Of a stretch of 64,000 nucleotides of DNA, positions 24,770-38,075 are shown piece after piece (the first letter of the stretch is position 1; each line of letters begins with the position of its first letter). The position numbers and the translations under genes are program-made. Where the stretch lies: positions 75,965,465 through 76,029,464 of the forward strand of contig NC_083420.1 in NCBI RefSeq assembly GCF_020745735.1, given 5' to 3'. The notes below the pieces were generated by a model. That model searched no databases. It was not told the DNA's origin and worked only from the letters and a program-made list of their open reading frames with translations. This DNA is from Hemiscyllium ocellatum. Taxonomy: Eukaryota.

Positions 24770-26030
24770 GATCTTGCAGAGGCCAGTATTGGGACCTCGC
24801 AGTTTCTAGGTTTATTGAAATAACTTTCACTTGAAAGTTGGAGGATTGATCAGTGAGTTCACAGATGATATCAAAACCAGTGTGGTGGCAAACAGTGAGG
24901 AAGATGGGCTTAGATCATAGGAGGGCAATCATGGTAAGGGAATACGTGATGAACTATAGGACCCTGGGAAGCACTGAAGATCAGAGGGACCTTGTTGTGC
25001 ATGTCCCCCAGTCACTTAAACAGCAACACAGGTGATAAACTCGCCTTTCCTTGTTAAGCACCGAGTTTGAGCTGGGAAGTTCTGTTAGAACTATCGAAAA
25101 CATTGGCTAGGGGACAGCTAGCTTGTTGTCTGCATTTCTGGAATCCCCATTTAAGGAGGGATGTGTTAGCACTCAAGACTTGGAAAGATATTGTCTGAGC
25201 TGGAGAGTTTCAGTTATGAAGAGCGACTGGAAAGATTGGTTCGTTTTCCTTAGACCAGAGAGATTGAGAGGGGAGTCACAGGTAGATAGGATAGTGACAA
25301 AGGCATTTGATATACTTTCCCTTATTAGTCAGAGCATTGAGTAAAGAAGTTTGGAGGTCATGTTGTGGCGGTACAGGACATTGGTTAGGCCACCTTTGGA
25401 GTATTGTGTGCAATTCTGCTCTGATTCCTATAGAAAGGATGTTTTGAAATTTGAAAGGGTTCAGAAAAGATTTACAAGGATGTTGCCAGGGTTCGAGGGT
25501 TTGAACTACAGGAAAGGCTGAATAGGCTGGAACTGGTTTCCCTGGAGTGTCGAAGGTTGAGGAGTGACCTTCTAGAGGTTTATAAAATCATGGATGCATG
25601 GATAGGGTAAATAGACAAGGTTTTTCCCTGGGGTGGGGGAGTCCAGAACTAGAGGGCATAGGTTTAGGGTGAGAGGGGAAAGACTTACAAGGGTCCTAAG
25701 GGGCAACGTTTTCATGCAACAGGCGGTGCGTGTATGCAAGAGGAAGTGCAGGCCAGTACAAGGCTAGTAACATATAAAAGGCATCGGGAGGGGTAGAAGA
25801 AAACTCCACAACCACCTGATGAAGGAGCAGTGTTCGGAAAGCTAGTGGTTCCAAATAAACCTGTTGGATTATAACCTGGTGTTGGGTGATTTTTAATTTG
25901 AACTGGAAGGGATTAGAGGGCCAAGTGCTGGTAAATGGGACGAGGTTAATTTTGGATATCAGGTTGGCATGGACGAGTTGGGCTGAAGGATCTGTTTCTG
26001 TGTTGTACATCTGTTTGACTCTATGAGATC
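24770..26030 (+). mobile_element. Mosaic of CR1 RT/3' fragments (with a hammerhead-bearing insert at ~25800-25900)
   Basis: LGSTEDQRDLVVHV, VRPPLEYCVQF, RLRSDLLEVYKIM-type segments and a CR1 3' UTR tail (GACTCTATGA). Confidence 0.7.
25810..25850 (+). ncRNA. Minimal type I hammerhead ribozyme motif (second family)
   Basis: AACCAC-CTGATGA-A-GGAGC-AGT-GTTCG-GAAA-G-CTA-GTGGTT: perfect 6-bp helix I, intact core, palindromic AGCT. The helix II closing pair is G.G here (CC in the copy at ~55975). Confidence 0.65.
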
Positions 26031-26189
26031 ACTGAGATGTACAAAATAATGAGAGGTGTTGATTGGGTAGACAGTAAGGAAATATTCCCCTTGATGGAGG
26101 AACCAATTCAGACAAATGTTGTAAAGACTGGAAGGCAGTGCAGATATTTAAGGTAAGGGTCAGGAGACTTAAGGGGAATGTCAGTGATA

Positions 26190-26960
26190 AAGTCATACAG
26201 CATGGAAACAGACCTTTTGGTTCCCCCCAAAGTCCATGCTACCCATAATCCCAAACAAAACTAGTCCCACCACCTGCTCCTGGCCCATATCCCTTCAATA
26301 CTTTCCTGTTTGTCCAAATACCTTTTAAACATTGGAACTGAACCCACATCCATTAATTCCTCACGAACCACTCTCTGTGTAGAAAAAGTTGACCCTCATT
26401 TCCCTTTTAAATCTTTCTCCTCTCACTTTAAAAGTATGTCCCCTAGTGCTGAAGCCTAGGGGGGAATAAGCTCCCTAGTCCAAGGGGAAAATTTCCTCAC
26501 TATCTGCCTTATGAACACCCCTCATTATTTTATACATCTCAACCATGTCATTGAGTAATAGAGACATACAGCACAGAAACAGATCCTTCGGCCCAACTTA
26601 TCCATGCTGACCAGATATCCTAAATTACCCTAGTCCCATTTACCTGTACTTGTTCCATATCTCTCTAATCACTTCCTCTTCATATACAAACCCTGAATTC
26701 TATCACCCGAGGGAAAAGACATCTGACATTCACCTTATATATGCTCCTTATTATATTATAAACCTCTGTAAGGTCACCCCTCAACCTTCAAGCTCCTTTC
26801 CATCGAACTCAAACCATCCAGTCCTGGCAACATCCTTGTAAATAATTTCTGAACAGTTTAACAATACCCCTCCTATAACAGGGAGACCAGAATAGGACAC
26901 AGTATTCTAGAAGAGGCCTGTACAACCTCAACATGATGTCCTAACTCCTATACTCATGGT
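26190..26960 (-). mobile_element. Two stacked CR1 3' end fragments
   Basis: CATACAGCATGGAAACAGACC and ACATACAGCACAGAAACAGATCCTTCGGCCC tails; downstream RT-derived text on the minus strand. Confidence 0.65.
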
Positions 26961-27108
26961 CTGTGTAATGAAGGAAAAAAGCTTTCACCCAGAGGTTGGT
27001 GAGAAACTGAATTCACTGCCGGAAGGGCATTACAGACAGAAGCTCATCAAATCATTGAAGAAGTATTCAGATGTGCACTTGCGATGCCAAGACATACAAG
27101 GTGATGGG

Positions 27109-27274
27109 TCTTGAAGGAGAACCGTTGCTGGTGTTTTTGAATCTGTAGTCTGTACTGTTTGCCCGAAACGTCAATTTTCCTGCTCCTTGGATGCTGCCTG
27201 ACTTGCTGGGTTGTTCCAGCACCACTCTAATCTAGACTCTGGTTTCCAGCATCTGCAGTCCTTGTTTTTACCTG
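27109..27274. mobile_element. Penelope-derived short insertion with a 15-bp TSD
   Basis: Flanked by ATACAAGGTGATGGG at 27094-27108 and 27275-27289; contains GCCCGAAACGTC...CTCCTTGGATGCTGCCTGAC. Confidence 0.75.
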
Positions 27275-28339
27275 ATACAAGGTGATGGGCCGAGGGCTGA
27301 GAAATGAGGTTACCATAGTTTGATGGTTGTTTTTGACTGGCACAGAATCAATGGGCTGAAGGGACTAGTTCTGCAATGTCGACCACTGCCATTCGATAAA
27401 CAACAGGACAATGAAGAGACTTTGATTGAGGTGTTGGCACTAACAATTGTCAGTGTGGCAGTGCCACAAGATTGAGCTTTATTCTGACACACTGTCAGAC
27501 CTGGGTTTGAACTCTGTTCTCGCTCTCTGCAGATGCTTCTGCACCTGCTAAATATCTTCATCACTCAGTGTTTATTTGTGGTGACAGAGAGGATCTGAGG
27601 CTGCAGAGATGAAATCTGATGGTTTGTTAGATATGGGAAGGCGAAGCAGATACTTCCTGATTGAAAATGAAAAATCAAAGATAGAATTGTGAGGCTGGTA
27701 ATCTATATTTTGTTCCACAAATCCAGACGACACAAGTTTGAGTACGACAGCAGATGCTTTATTATCGGAGTGCAGCGTGAGATTCTCCATGTCCCTGAAA
27801 GTAGTTGTGCGTCTACTTGTGGTGATACAAAAGGTCTATAATCCACATGGTTGACTGTCGTTACATTGTTTAAGATGGGCAATTATAATTTTACAAGGTC
27901 CGGTGAATGTTGATGTCCTGCGATAACAACTGATTATCGTGTTCTTCATGATCATGTGTCAATGGGAAGAGATTAAAACTGAAGGGTTTTGCCTGTTTTC
28001 ACCGGGGAATTCACATCCCTATGCTAATACGGAGAGAAGCAAGATAATGGGAGCAGGAGGCAGTTGAACAGGGTTGCGGCCAAGGCTATCAGTCTTGGCT
28101 GGGGAGGACAAATACCGTTGCTTGAGGCTGCAGAGGAATCCACATGTGTGGCTGCAATGGATTCCTTCTCGAAGATTCAGTTATCCTACTGAGATGTTCC
28201 GTCTATTCTGTAATTGATACTGTAATGAGTCTGTTTCACAGTGGAATGTTTAACCCTTGAGTGCCCAGTATGCCTTGAAAGAGAATTAAGACATGAAGTG
28301 ATCCTTTTCTGGCTTTATAACATCCTCACCAAACCCCTC

Positions 28340-28760
28340 CTGTCAGATATAAACCAGCCCCTCGCTCACTGACACCAATCACCCCCTGTCAAATATAAAC
28401 CACCCCACAGACACAAGTCTCCCGATGTCTGATTTCACCCTGCCCCACAGACAGTGACAACAGTTTCCTCCAGCCTGATATAAACCAGCCTCACAGTCAC
28501 TAATACCAATTTCCCGCGTCTGATATAAACCAGCCTCACAGTCACTGACACCAATCTCCCCCTGTCTGATATAAACCAGCCCCACAGTCACTGACACCAA
28601 TCTCCCCCTGTCTGATATAAACCAGCCCCACAGTCACTGACACCAATCTCCCGCGTCTGATATAAACCCGCCCCACAGTCACTGACGCCAATCTATGCCT
28701 GTCTGATATAAACCAGCCCCACAGTCACTGACACTAATCTCTCCCTGTCTGATATAAACC
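28340..28760. repeat. 46-bp minisatellite, ~9 units
   Basis: Unit TCTGATATAAACCAGCCCCACAGTCACTGACACCAATCTCCCCCTG, starting at 28565, 28611, 28657 and so on. Confidence 0.95.
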
Positions 28761-28764
28761 AACT

Positions 28765-28915
28765 AGTTAAAAGGACTGCAGATGCTGGAAACCAGAGTCT
28801 AGATGAGAGTGGTACTGGAAAAGCACAGCAGGTCAGGCAGCATCCGAGGAGCAGGAAAATCGACGTGTCGGGCAAAAACCCTTCATCAGGAATAGAGGCA
28901 GGGAGCCTGCAGATT
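28765..28915 (-). mobile_element. Penelope-derived terminal module
   Basis: GGACTGCAGATGCTGGAAACCAGAG...CAGGTCAGGCAGCATCCGAGGAGCAGGAAAATCGACGTGTCGGGC; hammerhead core mutated (GAAA to GACA). Confidence 0.7.
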
Positions 28916-28959
28916 GGAAAGACAGAGGAGGATATCTTCTTCAAGACAAAAAAGACTGA

Positions 28960-30160
28960 GTGTCTGCCTCTCATAATTTTGTACAGTTCTATAAGATCCC
29001 CTCTCAGTCTCCTAGACTGCCAAGAAAAGAAAAAGCTTGTTCAGCCTCTCCTTATAACACTGAGTGCGAGCAACATCCTTATAAATTTCTTCTGCACTCT
29101 TTCCAGTTTAATAACATCCTTCCCTGAGTAAGGTGACCAAAACAGAACACATGCTCCAACTGCAGCCTCACCCACCTCCTGTATAACTGTCGGTTTTTGT
29201 GAAGACAGAACTAAAGGATGTATATAATTGCTCAGCTGTTCGTTGTCCTTTGTTATACATTTCCCCAATTTCCATCTGTAGGGACCTACCATTTGTCTTC
29301 ATCAATCTCTTTCTCTTCATGTACTGTAGAACCTTGTAGCATCAGTCTTCATGTTCCCTGCAAGCTTACTTTCTTTTGTACTGTGTTTTCCCCATCTTAA
29401 TCAATCCCTTGGTCCTTCTTTGCTGAATTCGAAACTGCTCTCAAATATCAGACCTGTTATTTTTCTTGGCCCATTTCTATGCTATTTCCTTCAATTGGAT
29501 GCTATCTAATTTCCTTTATAAGCCATGGATTGGCCCTGTTACCCATTTTGCTTTTGTACCAGACAGGAATAAATAGTTGTTGCAGTTCCCCCATGATTTC
29601 CTTGAATATTTGCCAATGCCTATCTACTGGCACACCTTTAAGCAACTTTCACTGATCTATCAACGCCAACTCATGCCTTATATATCTTCATAGTTTCCTT
29701 TATTAAAATTCAGCACCCTAGTCTCCAAATCAGCTGGCTCACTCTCCATCTTGATAAAAAAGTTGTATCATGTCATGGTCACTCATCCCCAAGGAGTCTC
29801 ACGCAGCTAGATTGGCAATGATTCCCTTCTCATTACACAGTACCCAGTCTAAGATGGCCTGCTCTCTAGTTGGTTCATCCACATATTGGTTAAGAAAACC
29901 ATCCTGTATGTACTCCAGGAATTTTTCCTCTAAGACATTGTGGCTAATTTGATTTGTCCAATCTAGATGCAGATTAAAATCACCCATGATCACAGATGTC
30001 TCCATATCACATGCTTGGCTAATTTCCTGTGTAATACTATTCCGATACGACCACTGCAGTCTGGGGGTCTGTGTATGACACCCACTAATGTTTTTTGTCC
30101 CTTGGTATTTCACAGCTCCACCCATACAGTCTCCACATTGTCAAAGCTAATGTCCTAAAA
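28960..30160 (-). mobile_element. CR1 fragments (RT C-terminus and endonuclease region)
   Basis: FWSPYSGKDVIKLERVQKKFIRML (29041-29292); VIMGDFNLHLDW...FLNQYVDEPTREQAILDWVLCNE (29799-30125). Confidence 0.75.
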
Positions 30161-30499
30161 AGAGATGAACAAAAATACGTGACCAGGAATTGAGATATTT
30201 CTGCTCAATTATTGATCTTGAGTTGATGTTAATTAGCCTTGTCGACTTTCAATGAATAGCTTCGTAAAATCTGGGACCGCCAGCAGAAGGTGATGAGCTA
30301 GAACATTTGTGGAATTGCTTTCTCAGTAAATGAACATAGATACAACTTGTTGAGTTTTTCACAGTAGATGACAGTGCTTCTCCAGCAGGTGGAAGTGACG
30401 GCTGATAGTAGATCCTTCAACCAACACCTTCACTCATAAAAAGTTAAGGCACACAAAAGATTGACTGAGGCTACTTAGTTTAACATCATTTATTGAAAA

Positions 30500-32820
30500 A
30501 AATGGTGGAGTCTTTAAAAAAGGATGTTCCAGCAGAAAACTGGGAATGGCTTAACAAAATGGAAATCTTGCCTGATAAATGTATTGGAATTCTTGGAGAA
30601 AATGGAGGAAACGGTGATTGTAATATGTTTTGATTTTCTGAAGGTATTTGACAGCACCCATGCATAAGATTACTGAATAAGAAAGGAGCCTTGGCTTTGG
30701 AGGTACTGTATTAACGTGGAGAGAGGATTTTTGAAATCCCAATCCGAAAAGTTTGATGAAGTGTTTTATTTTACAGGATGTCAAAGTGTGGAGTACCACA
30801 TAAATCTGTTCTGGGGGACAAAAAAAATTTACAAAGTATTTTGATGACTTAGATGAGGAAAGTGAGTATATTGTAGGCAAGTTTGCGAAAGACACAAAAA
30901 TTCGAGCGGAGACAAGTGTTGAGTATGACACAAAAAGAAGTTTGTGGAGCGATACAGATAGGACGAGAGTGAACAAGGAGCTTTGCACATTAATGTAATG
31001 TGGATTAAATAAATGAGAACAGACATAAACCGTGAACTTGTGCATTTTAACAGGCAAGATAGAGATTGAATTCAGAAATCTACAGAAAGTCTGCATCTCC
31101 GAACTACAAAACGTTAGCTTTTAATTTCAACTGTCAATAAAGATGGCAAATGTCATGTTGGGGTTTGTTTAAAAACTAATGGAATATTGAGATTAGGAAC
31201 AGCCAGATAGAGCAGCGAATGTGTAGCTGAGGAACTGCTGCAGGGGTTAGGATTCCCATTTTTCAATCATTGGGATCTCTTCAGGGATAGAAATGATCTA
31301 TATAAGAGGGACCTGACTTGGAAGGGGACCGATATTCTTGTGGGGAAATTTGCTAGCAGTATGCTGAAGGTTTTAAATTAGTAAGGTGGATGGTGGGAAC
31401 TAACAAGATAGTGAGAAAAGAGAAGTGTTTGAGGTGAGATGCGGTCAGCAATTCTCGGGGTCAAGGCAGACGACAGTTTGGCAAGAGCAAGGTAAGACTG
31501 TTAAACTGCATTTACTTTGATGGAAGAGGCCTGACATGTGAGACAGATGAACATAGAGCATAGATGGGAATGTGGGACAAGGATATCATTACCATTACAG
31601 AAATGTGGCTCAGGGATGAACAGGACTGGCAACTGATGTTATAGAATGTATAGACAGGAGATTGAGATGGAGGAGTGTTTTTGGTTAGAAAGAACATTAC
31701 AGCTGGATGTAGAGAGGATATTTCTCGGAGACTGCCCATTGAAGTTATATGGATGAAACTTAAAAATAAGAAAGAGGTGATGAGCTTGCTGGGATTGTAA
31801 AATGGGCCTCCTGATAGTCAGTGGGAAATTTACAAGCGATTATGCTTTCTGTAAGGAAAGAGGGTAATGGTAGGGAATTTTAACTTTCCAACCAGAGTTT
31901 GGGGTAGTGTTAAGATCTTGGAATGTGGACAAATTGGTTAAGTGTGTACAAGAAAACATTGTTATTCAATATGTGGATGCACCTACTGGACAGTTCGCAA
32001 TACTTGACCTTCTGTTGGGAATCAAGGCAGGACAAGTGACTGAGGTGTCTGTAGGGACACGCTTCAGGGAAAGTGATCATAATTCTATTGGTTTAATAAT
32101 AAAGATGAGAAAGGATAGAATTGATTTAAAAATGAAAGTTTCAAATTGGAGTGTGGCCAGTTTCGATGGTAAAAGACTTTGAGATGTTGGTTGGGGAAGG
32201 TTATTCACAGGTAAAGAGACGACTGACAAGTGGGAGGCCTTTAAGAATGAGACAATGAGAGTTCAGTGATGGTATGTTTCTGTTTGTGTGAAGGGCAAGG
32301 CATGGGAAAAGCTCAATGATGAGGGAAATTGCAACTCCTGTCCAGAAAACGAAGGGGGCATTTATCAGATATAGACAGCTGGGATTGAGTGAATCCTGAG
32401 AAGGGTATAAGGGCAGTCAGAGTATACTTCACCAGGAAATCATGAGGGAAAAAAGGGGGCATGAAATTGCATGGCAAATAGAATTAAGGAGAATCCGAAA
32501 AGATTCTAAAATTATTTTAAGGTTAAAAGAATAACTAAGAAGAGAATACAGCCCTTAAAGATCAAATGAGTTCATCTTACAGAAGAGGAGGTGTTGGGGG
32601 TCTTAAAGTAGAAAAATGGAAATAAATCCTGGAGAGCTGATTAGGTATTTCTCAGAACTTTGTGGGAAGCTAGGGAAGAGATTTGTGGCCCCCTTGCTGA
32701 GATATTTGTAACATCGATAATCATAGATGAGATGCCAGAAGACTGGAGAGTGACTAATGTGGCAGCATTATTGAAGAAAGTTGTATGGAAAAGCCAGGGA
32801 ATCATAAACTGGTGAGCCTT
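30500..32820 (+). mobile_element. Heavily decayed CR1 ORF2 pieces
   Basis: FDFLKVFD-like RT block at ~30630; QYVDAPTGQFAILDLLLG...FRESDHNSI endonuclease block at 31907-32182. Confidence 0.7.
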
Positions 32821-32959
32821 TCACACCAGAGATGCTGCCTGACCTTCTGAACATTTCCAGCAGTTTCCGTTTTTGTTTCTGATACACAGCATCCACTGTT
32901 CTTTCAGTTTTTACTTAGTAGTCAGAGAGCATTACGTTTTGGATTGGAGGCCTGTTAGA

Positions 32960-34190
32960 ACATAACAACATCCAAACATTAGAAATACGATCAGGAGTAG
33001 GCCATCTGACCCCACGAGTCTGCTCTGCCTTTCAATAACATCATGGATCATCTTTCAATGGACTAAGATTCCACTTACCCACCCGCTCACTATAACCCTC
33101 CATTCCTTTACTGTTAAAAAATCTATATTCACCTTTAAACCATTCAACAGGTTGGCCTCAGCTGCTTCACTAGGCAGGGGATTCCACAGCTTCACAACCC
33201 TTTGGGTGAAGATGTTGATCCTCAACTCAGTCCTAAATCTGTTGCCCTTATTTTGAGGTTATGCCCCGTCGTTCTAATTTCACCCACCAGTGGAAATAGC
33301 CTCCCTGCTTCTGTCTTATCTATCCCATTTATAATTTTACAACCCCCTTCCCACATTGTTCTGAATTCCAATGAGTATAATCCCAGTCTGCTCAATCTCT
33401 CCTCACAAGCCAACCCCCTCATTTCCAGAATCAACATAATCAACCTCCTCAGCAAACCCCACCCCAGTGCCATCTCATGTAAGCGATGAAAAGTGTACAG
33501 AGTACTGCAGGCATGGTCACACCAGCGCCCTATACAGCTGCAGCAGAAAGTCCTAATTTTAAACTCTGCCAATGAAGAACACTATTCCATTTGTCTTCCT
33601 AATTAGCTACTGTACTTGCAAACTATACTTTTGTGTTTCATGCACAAGAACAGCCAAGTCCCCCTGCACAGCAGCATTCTGTTTGTTATTATTCCTACCA
33701 AAATGGATGACCTCACGTTTACTAACATTGTACTCCATCTGCCAGACTCTTGCCCACTCACTTAACCTGTCTATATCCTCCTGCACACTTTGCTCTATCA
33801 CTCATTTAAGTGCCTTCTGCGAACTACAACACACTACACTTGGATCTCTAACTCGAAGCAATCGACCTGAATTGCAAACAATTGCAGTCCCAACACTCAT
33901 CCCTGAGACACACCACTCGCCACTGATTGCCAACCAGAAAAACACCCATTTATCCCCACGTTTTGCATTCTGTTAGTTAACCAGTTTTCTGTCTCTGCTA
34001 ATGCATTGCCTGTAACACTGTGCATCTTTATCTTATGCAGCAGCCTTTTGTGCAGCATCTTGCTGAATGCCTTTTGGAAATCCAGATACACCACGTTCAC
34101 CAGTTCCCCATTGTCTACCACGCTCATTATGACCTCAATGAATTCCAATTAATCAGTTAAATATGACCTGCCTTTCATGAACCCAAACTT
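32960..34190 (-). mobile_element. CR1 RT to 3' end
   Basis: VYLDFQKAFSKMLHKRLL...WQSVASGVSQG (33897-34148); WQMEYNVSKREVIHFG (33607-33801). Confidence 0.85.
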
Positions 34191-35550
34191 TATTAAATAA
34201 ATGTGAGGTGCTGCATTTTTGTAAGGCAAACCAGGGCAAGACTTATACAATTAATGGCTGGGCCTTGGGGAGTGTTGCTGAGCAAAGAAACCAAAGGGAG
34301 CAGATGCATCATTCCTTGAAAGTGGAGTTGCAGGTAGACAGGGTGGGGAAGAAGGTGTTTGGCATGCTTTCCTTCATTGGTCATAACATTAAGTGTAGGA
34401 GTCGAGATGTCATCTCTCAGCTGTACAGAACATTTGTGAGGCCACGTTTAGAATCATTACAGACAAATCTGGCTCACCATTTCTGTGAAGGATTTTGTGA
34501 AACTTGAGGGGATGTAGAAAAGATTTCCAAGAATGATGCTGGAACTGGAGTGTTTCAGGTTTTAGGTGAAGCTGAATAGACTGGGGCTTTTCTTTTCCCT
34601 ACAGTGAGAGGAAAGGAGGCTGAGGAGTGGCCTGAACAAGACCCTATAAAATCATGCAGGGCATTGATATGGTGAATAGCCAAGGCCTTTTTTCTCGAGT
34701 GGGAGAGTCCAAAACTAGAGGACAGCAGATTAAGGTGAGAGGAGAAACGTTTGAAAAGAACCTGAGGGGTAACCTTTTCACGTGTATGTATGGAAACAGC
34801 TGCCAGTGGTAGTGGTGGAGGTGGGTTCAATTACTGCATTTAAAAGGCACCTGGATGGGTGTATGAACAGGGAACATTTAGAGAAAGATAGGCCAAATGT
34901 CTGGCAAATGGTACTCAGTCAGGTTGGGATATCTGGGCAGTGCAGTTGGACCGAAGGGTCTGTTTCTGTGCCTGATATCTGTATGACTATAATGTTTGTT
35001 AAAACTGAAAAGAAGCTCTATTTTTACCACAGCTGGAATACTGTGGACTGTTCTTGGGACTCATCTCACAAAGAAAAGGTACACTGGACTGTGAGACAAT
35101 CCACACGAGGTTTAGTCGACTGATCCTGAGGATGGAGGGACTGTCTTGAGAGTAGAGACTGAGTCGTTTGGGCCTATACTCATTAGAACATAGAAGATTC
35201 AGTGGTGACATTCTGAAACATCTATTATTTTCAGGAAACTTGATGGTGTAAATGCAGAAATGTTGTTTCCCCTTGTGGGAGAGGTTCAGGCCAGTGAGTA
35301 AAATCTCTGAATTAGAGGTCACAAATGTCAGGCAGAACAGAATTTTGTCTCCCAGAATGTAGTGAATCTGTGGAATTTGTTTCCATAGAACACTGAAGGC
35401 TGAAATGGGCAGGTTTTGATTTGGGAATTGAATCAATGCTTACAGTTAAACGCTGTAAAAATGGAGGTGAGGATTATCAGCTCAGCTATGATGTCATTGT
35501 TTGGAAGCCCAAACCCCATTGGCTGAACAGACCGCTTCTGGTTCCCTCTC
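34190..35550 (+). mobile_element. CR1 RT C-terminal and 3' fragments
   Basis: LHFCKANQGKTYTINGWALGSVAEQRN...LQVDRVGKK (34208-34507); 3' UTR tail GTATGACTATAATG. Confidence 0.75.
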
Positions 35551-37854
35551 ATTGACTTTTGCTCTAAGTTAGTCTTTTCAGAATTATATAGGTCTCATCT
35601 AAATTAACCTCCATGTTTGAAGCCCAGCTGCTTCAATCCCCCCTCATCATGAAAAAAGACAGGGATCATCTTTCTCACTGTTTGGTGGCATTGCATTCTG
35701 CCTCTAATGCAGTGACTACATTTATAGTCCTTCAGTTCTGTTAAATATTTGTCAAACACAACCACGGCTGTCACAGAAAAGGTAAAAGACAGATCAAAAC
35801 TACATTTAAACTACCATATCAAGCACACTATCGGCATGTGTTGCATGGAATACACACATGTTGCATATTAAAGCTCTCTCAGTACTCATCCATTAAACAC
35901 TGCAAGGGTTGTTCAGAGATGATTTGCTTATGTGTGCGTGTATGTCTGTGCCTGTAAATGATAGTCTACTTGTATAACAAAGTTTCGATGCATAGTGTTG
36001 TTCCCATTTATTCTGGTGTCAAGCATTTCAAAATCAGAAAGACAGTGGGTAGGAGTTCAAATCCCTTTACACGGCTACATCAAATGTTTTCTGTGATTGT
36101 ACAGCTCATGTAATGTGCTGGGTAAATCTCCCTCTATATTGTGTTGTCCAATGCAATCATGTCAAATATATTTTGGTTTAGACACAGAGTAGAGCTGCAT
36201 CCAGGATTCCCTAAAAAACATCCTCCCAGAGTCGATACACAATAAATTGACCTCTATAATATTAAACCTTCCATGAGATGTGCAGCGTAAGGTTAATTAT
36301 AAATATGCATTACATTGAACCATTAAACATTCCTCAGACAAGAATAATAGTGCAGAGATACAATGAAAACACTAACACAGTAAAGTCTTGCAGCCTCATT
36401 CCTATCAAGCGTTTCCAGATCACTCAATGCTCAGACAGATTTTTGAGAAAATCTTGCTGTCCTGACTCAAATCTCTCGAAAGAAATGGATGAATTTGGCT
36501 GAGAGGCAATGTTGGTGAGGTGTTGGCTTCATGTTATTGGGGAAAACATTGTCCAATTGTGGAGAGGCAAAACAAGGCATCAGAGATAAAGAAAAAAGGG
36601 GGAAGGCAGGAGGGGAAGAGAGAAAAAGAGACACAGAAATATTAGCTGTGCCAATGTATCTCTTAATTATAGTTTTTTGACTAAACATGACAATTGATAC
36701 CTCTGTCATTCAACAATCATACAACTTATGTATTAAAAAGTCCGAACATCAATTAGTATTGGAATCCATTGAGTTATTTGCATTTGTTCCACAATTCGTG
36801 TGCTGTGCTTGTAGGGAAATATAAATGAGGGTTTTGTGGTTCTGTAATCTATTCTGAGAATTCTATTTCTGTGTTTATTTACATAAGTGCTTAATTGGCT
36901 TCAAGGAAGTGATGTTGGCAGCAAAGCCAGGTGAATGAAGTGATTTGTTGGTAAGTTTCAAATCGAAACAAGTTTATTTTAAGAATGTTGACCATTTGCA
37001 GAAGTGAATAAAAATTTATGAAGCCGAATTACAACAGATTTTATTTATTTCTGAAAGATAAATAATTTAAAACTTTTATTTAGGTTAACAATTCAGTGCT
37101 GAAAATTCTGCAAATTTAGAATATTCACGTGAAATACAGGAACTGCCGCAACAATTACATTTAATTGATATAGTTGTTACGAGGTTTCGTTACACGTATT
37201 ACTTAATGGTAAGGGTCAGCAATGAGTCCCTATCGCCAACTGCCCATTGAATAGCTTGCTAAAGCCACTTCAGAACACAGTCAATTACTTCCCAGTGGGT
37301 CTGGAATCTCATGTCGGCCAGACCATGTAGATGTGACAGATGCCTTGTCACTCGTGAACCAGCTGTTTTTGTATTTTCCATTGACTCGGGTTACATGGTC
37401 ATCATTTGCCTTCCTTTGTGATTCCAGGATTTCTTTAAATTCAAATTTCACTCAAATGCAAAACAATGATCCAAACCCTGGCCATTCAACATCAAAGTGG
37501 AGTTCGAGAATACTGTTCTCATGATACCATCACTGTGATCCGAATTTTGGTAATGCACAGAAATGCAATGAATCTGACACTTTACATCATGAACAAATAT
37601 TGGAGTGGAATACTGGCAAGAACTCTCTTGCTGTTCACAGCAACATCACATTGCATGCAATCACCAATCTAAAATCTGTCTGAAGAGCCTGACTCACTGT
37701 CATTTGCATTTGTTGACTTCTTCACTGAATTATGAAAGCGTTAGTCACATATCCCAAGGTGGTCATCAGCTCCCATTTTGAGGCCTGCCATCTTGTTCGG
37801 CTAATTATGGTTGATCTTTCTTAAGAAGCTTTATTACAACCAAATGGCTTCTCA

Positions 37855-38075
37855 GTCGAGACTGTAGTGCTGGAAAAGTACAGCAGGTCAGGCAGCGTCC
37901 GAGGAGCAGGAGAATCGACGTTTTGGGCATAAAGCCTTTATTAAGATACCTGATGTAGTTGTTATGCCTGGAACGTTGATTCTCCTGCCCCTTGGATGCT
38001 GCCTGACCTGCTGTGCTTTTCCAGCACTACATTCTCAACTCAGATCTACAGCACCTGCTGTCCTCACTTTCTCCT
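37855..38075. mobile_element. Penelope-derived fold-back mini-insertion (older)
   Basis: Inverted arms GTAGTGCTGGAAAAG...GAGCAGGAGAATCGACG / CGTTGATTCTCCTGCCCC...TTTTCCAGCACTAC; degenerate TSD ATGG(C/GT)TTCT(C/T)AGTC. Confidence 0.72.

Noticed and set aside
13110-28760. Tandem arrays as CRISPR-like repeat-spacer systems
   Set aside because: Units are contiguous without unique spacers, there are no cas genes, and the DNA is clearly vertebrate.
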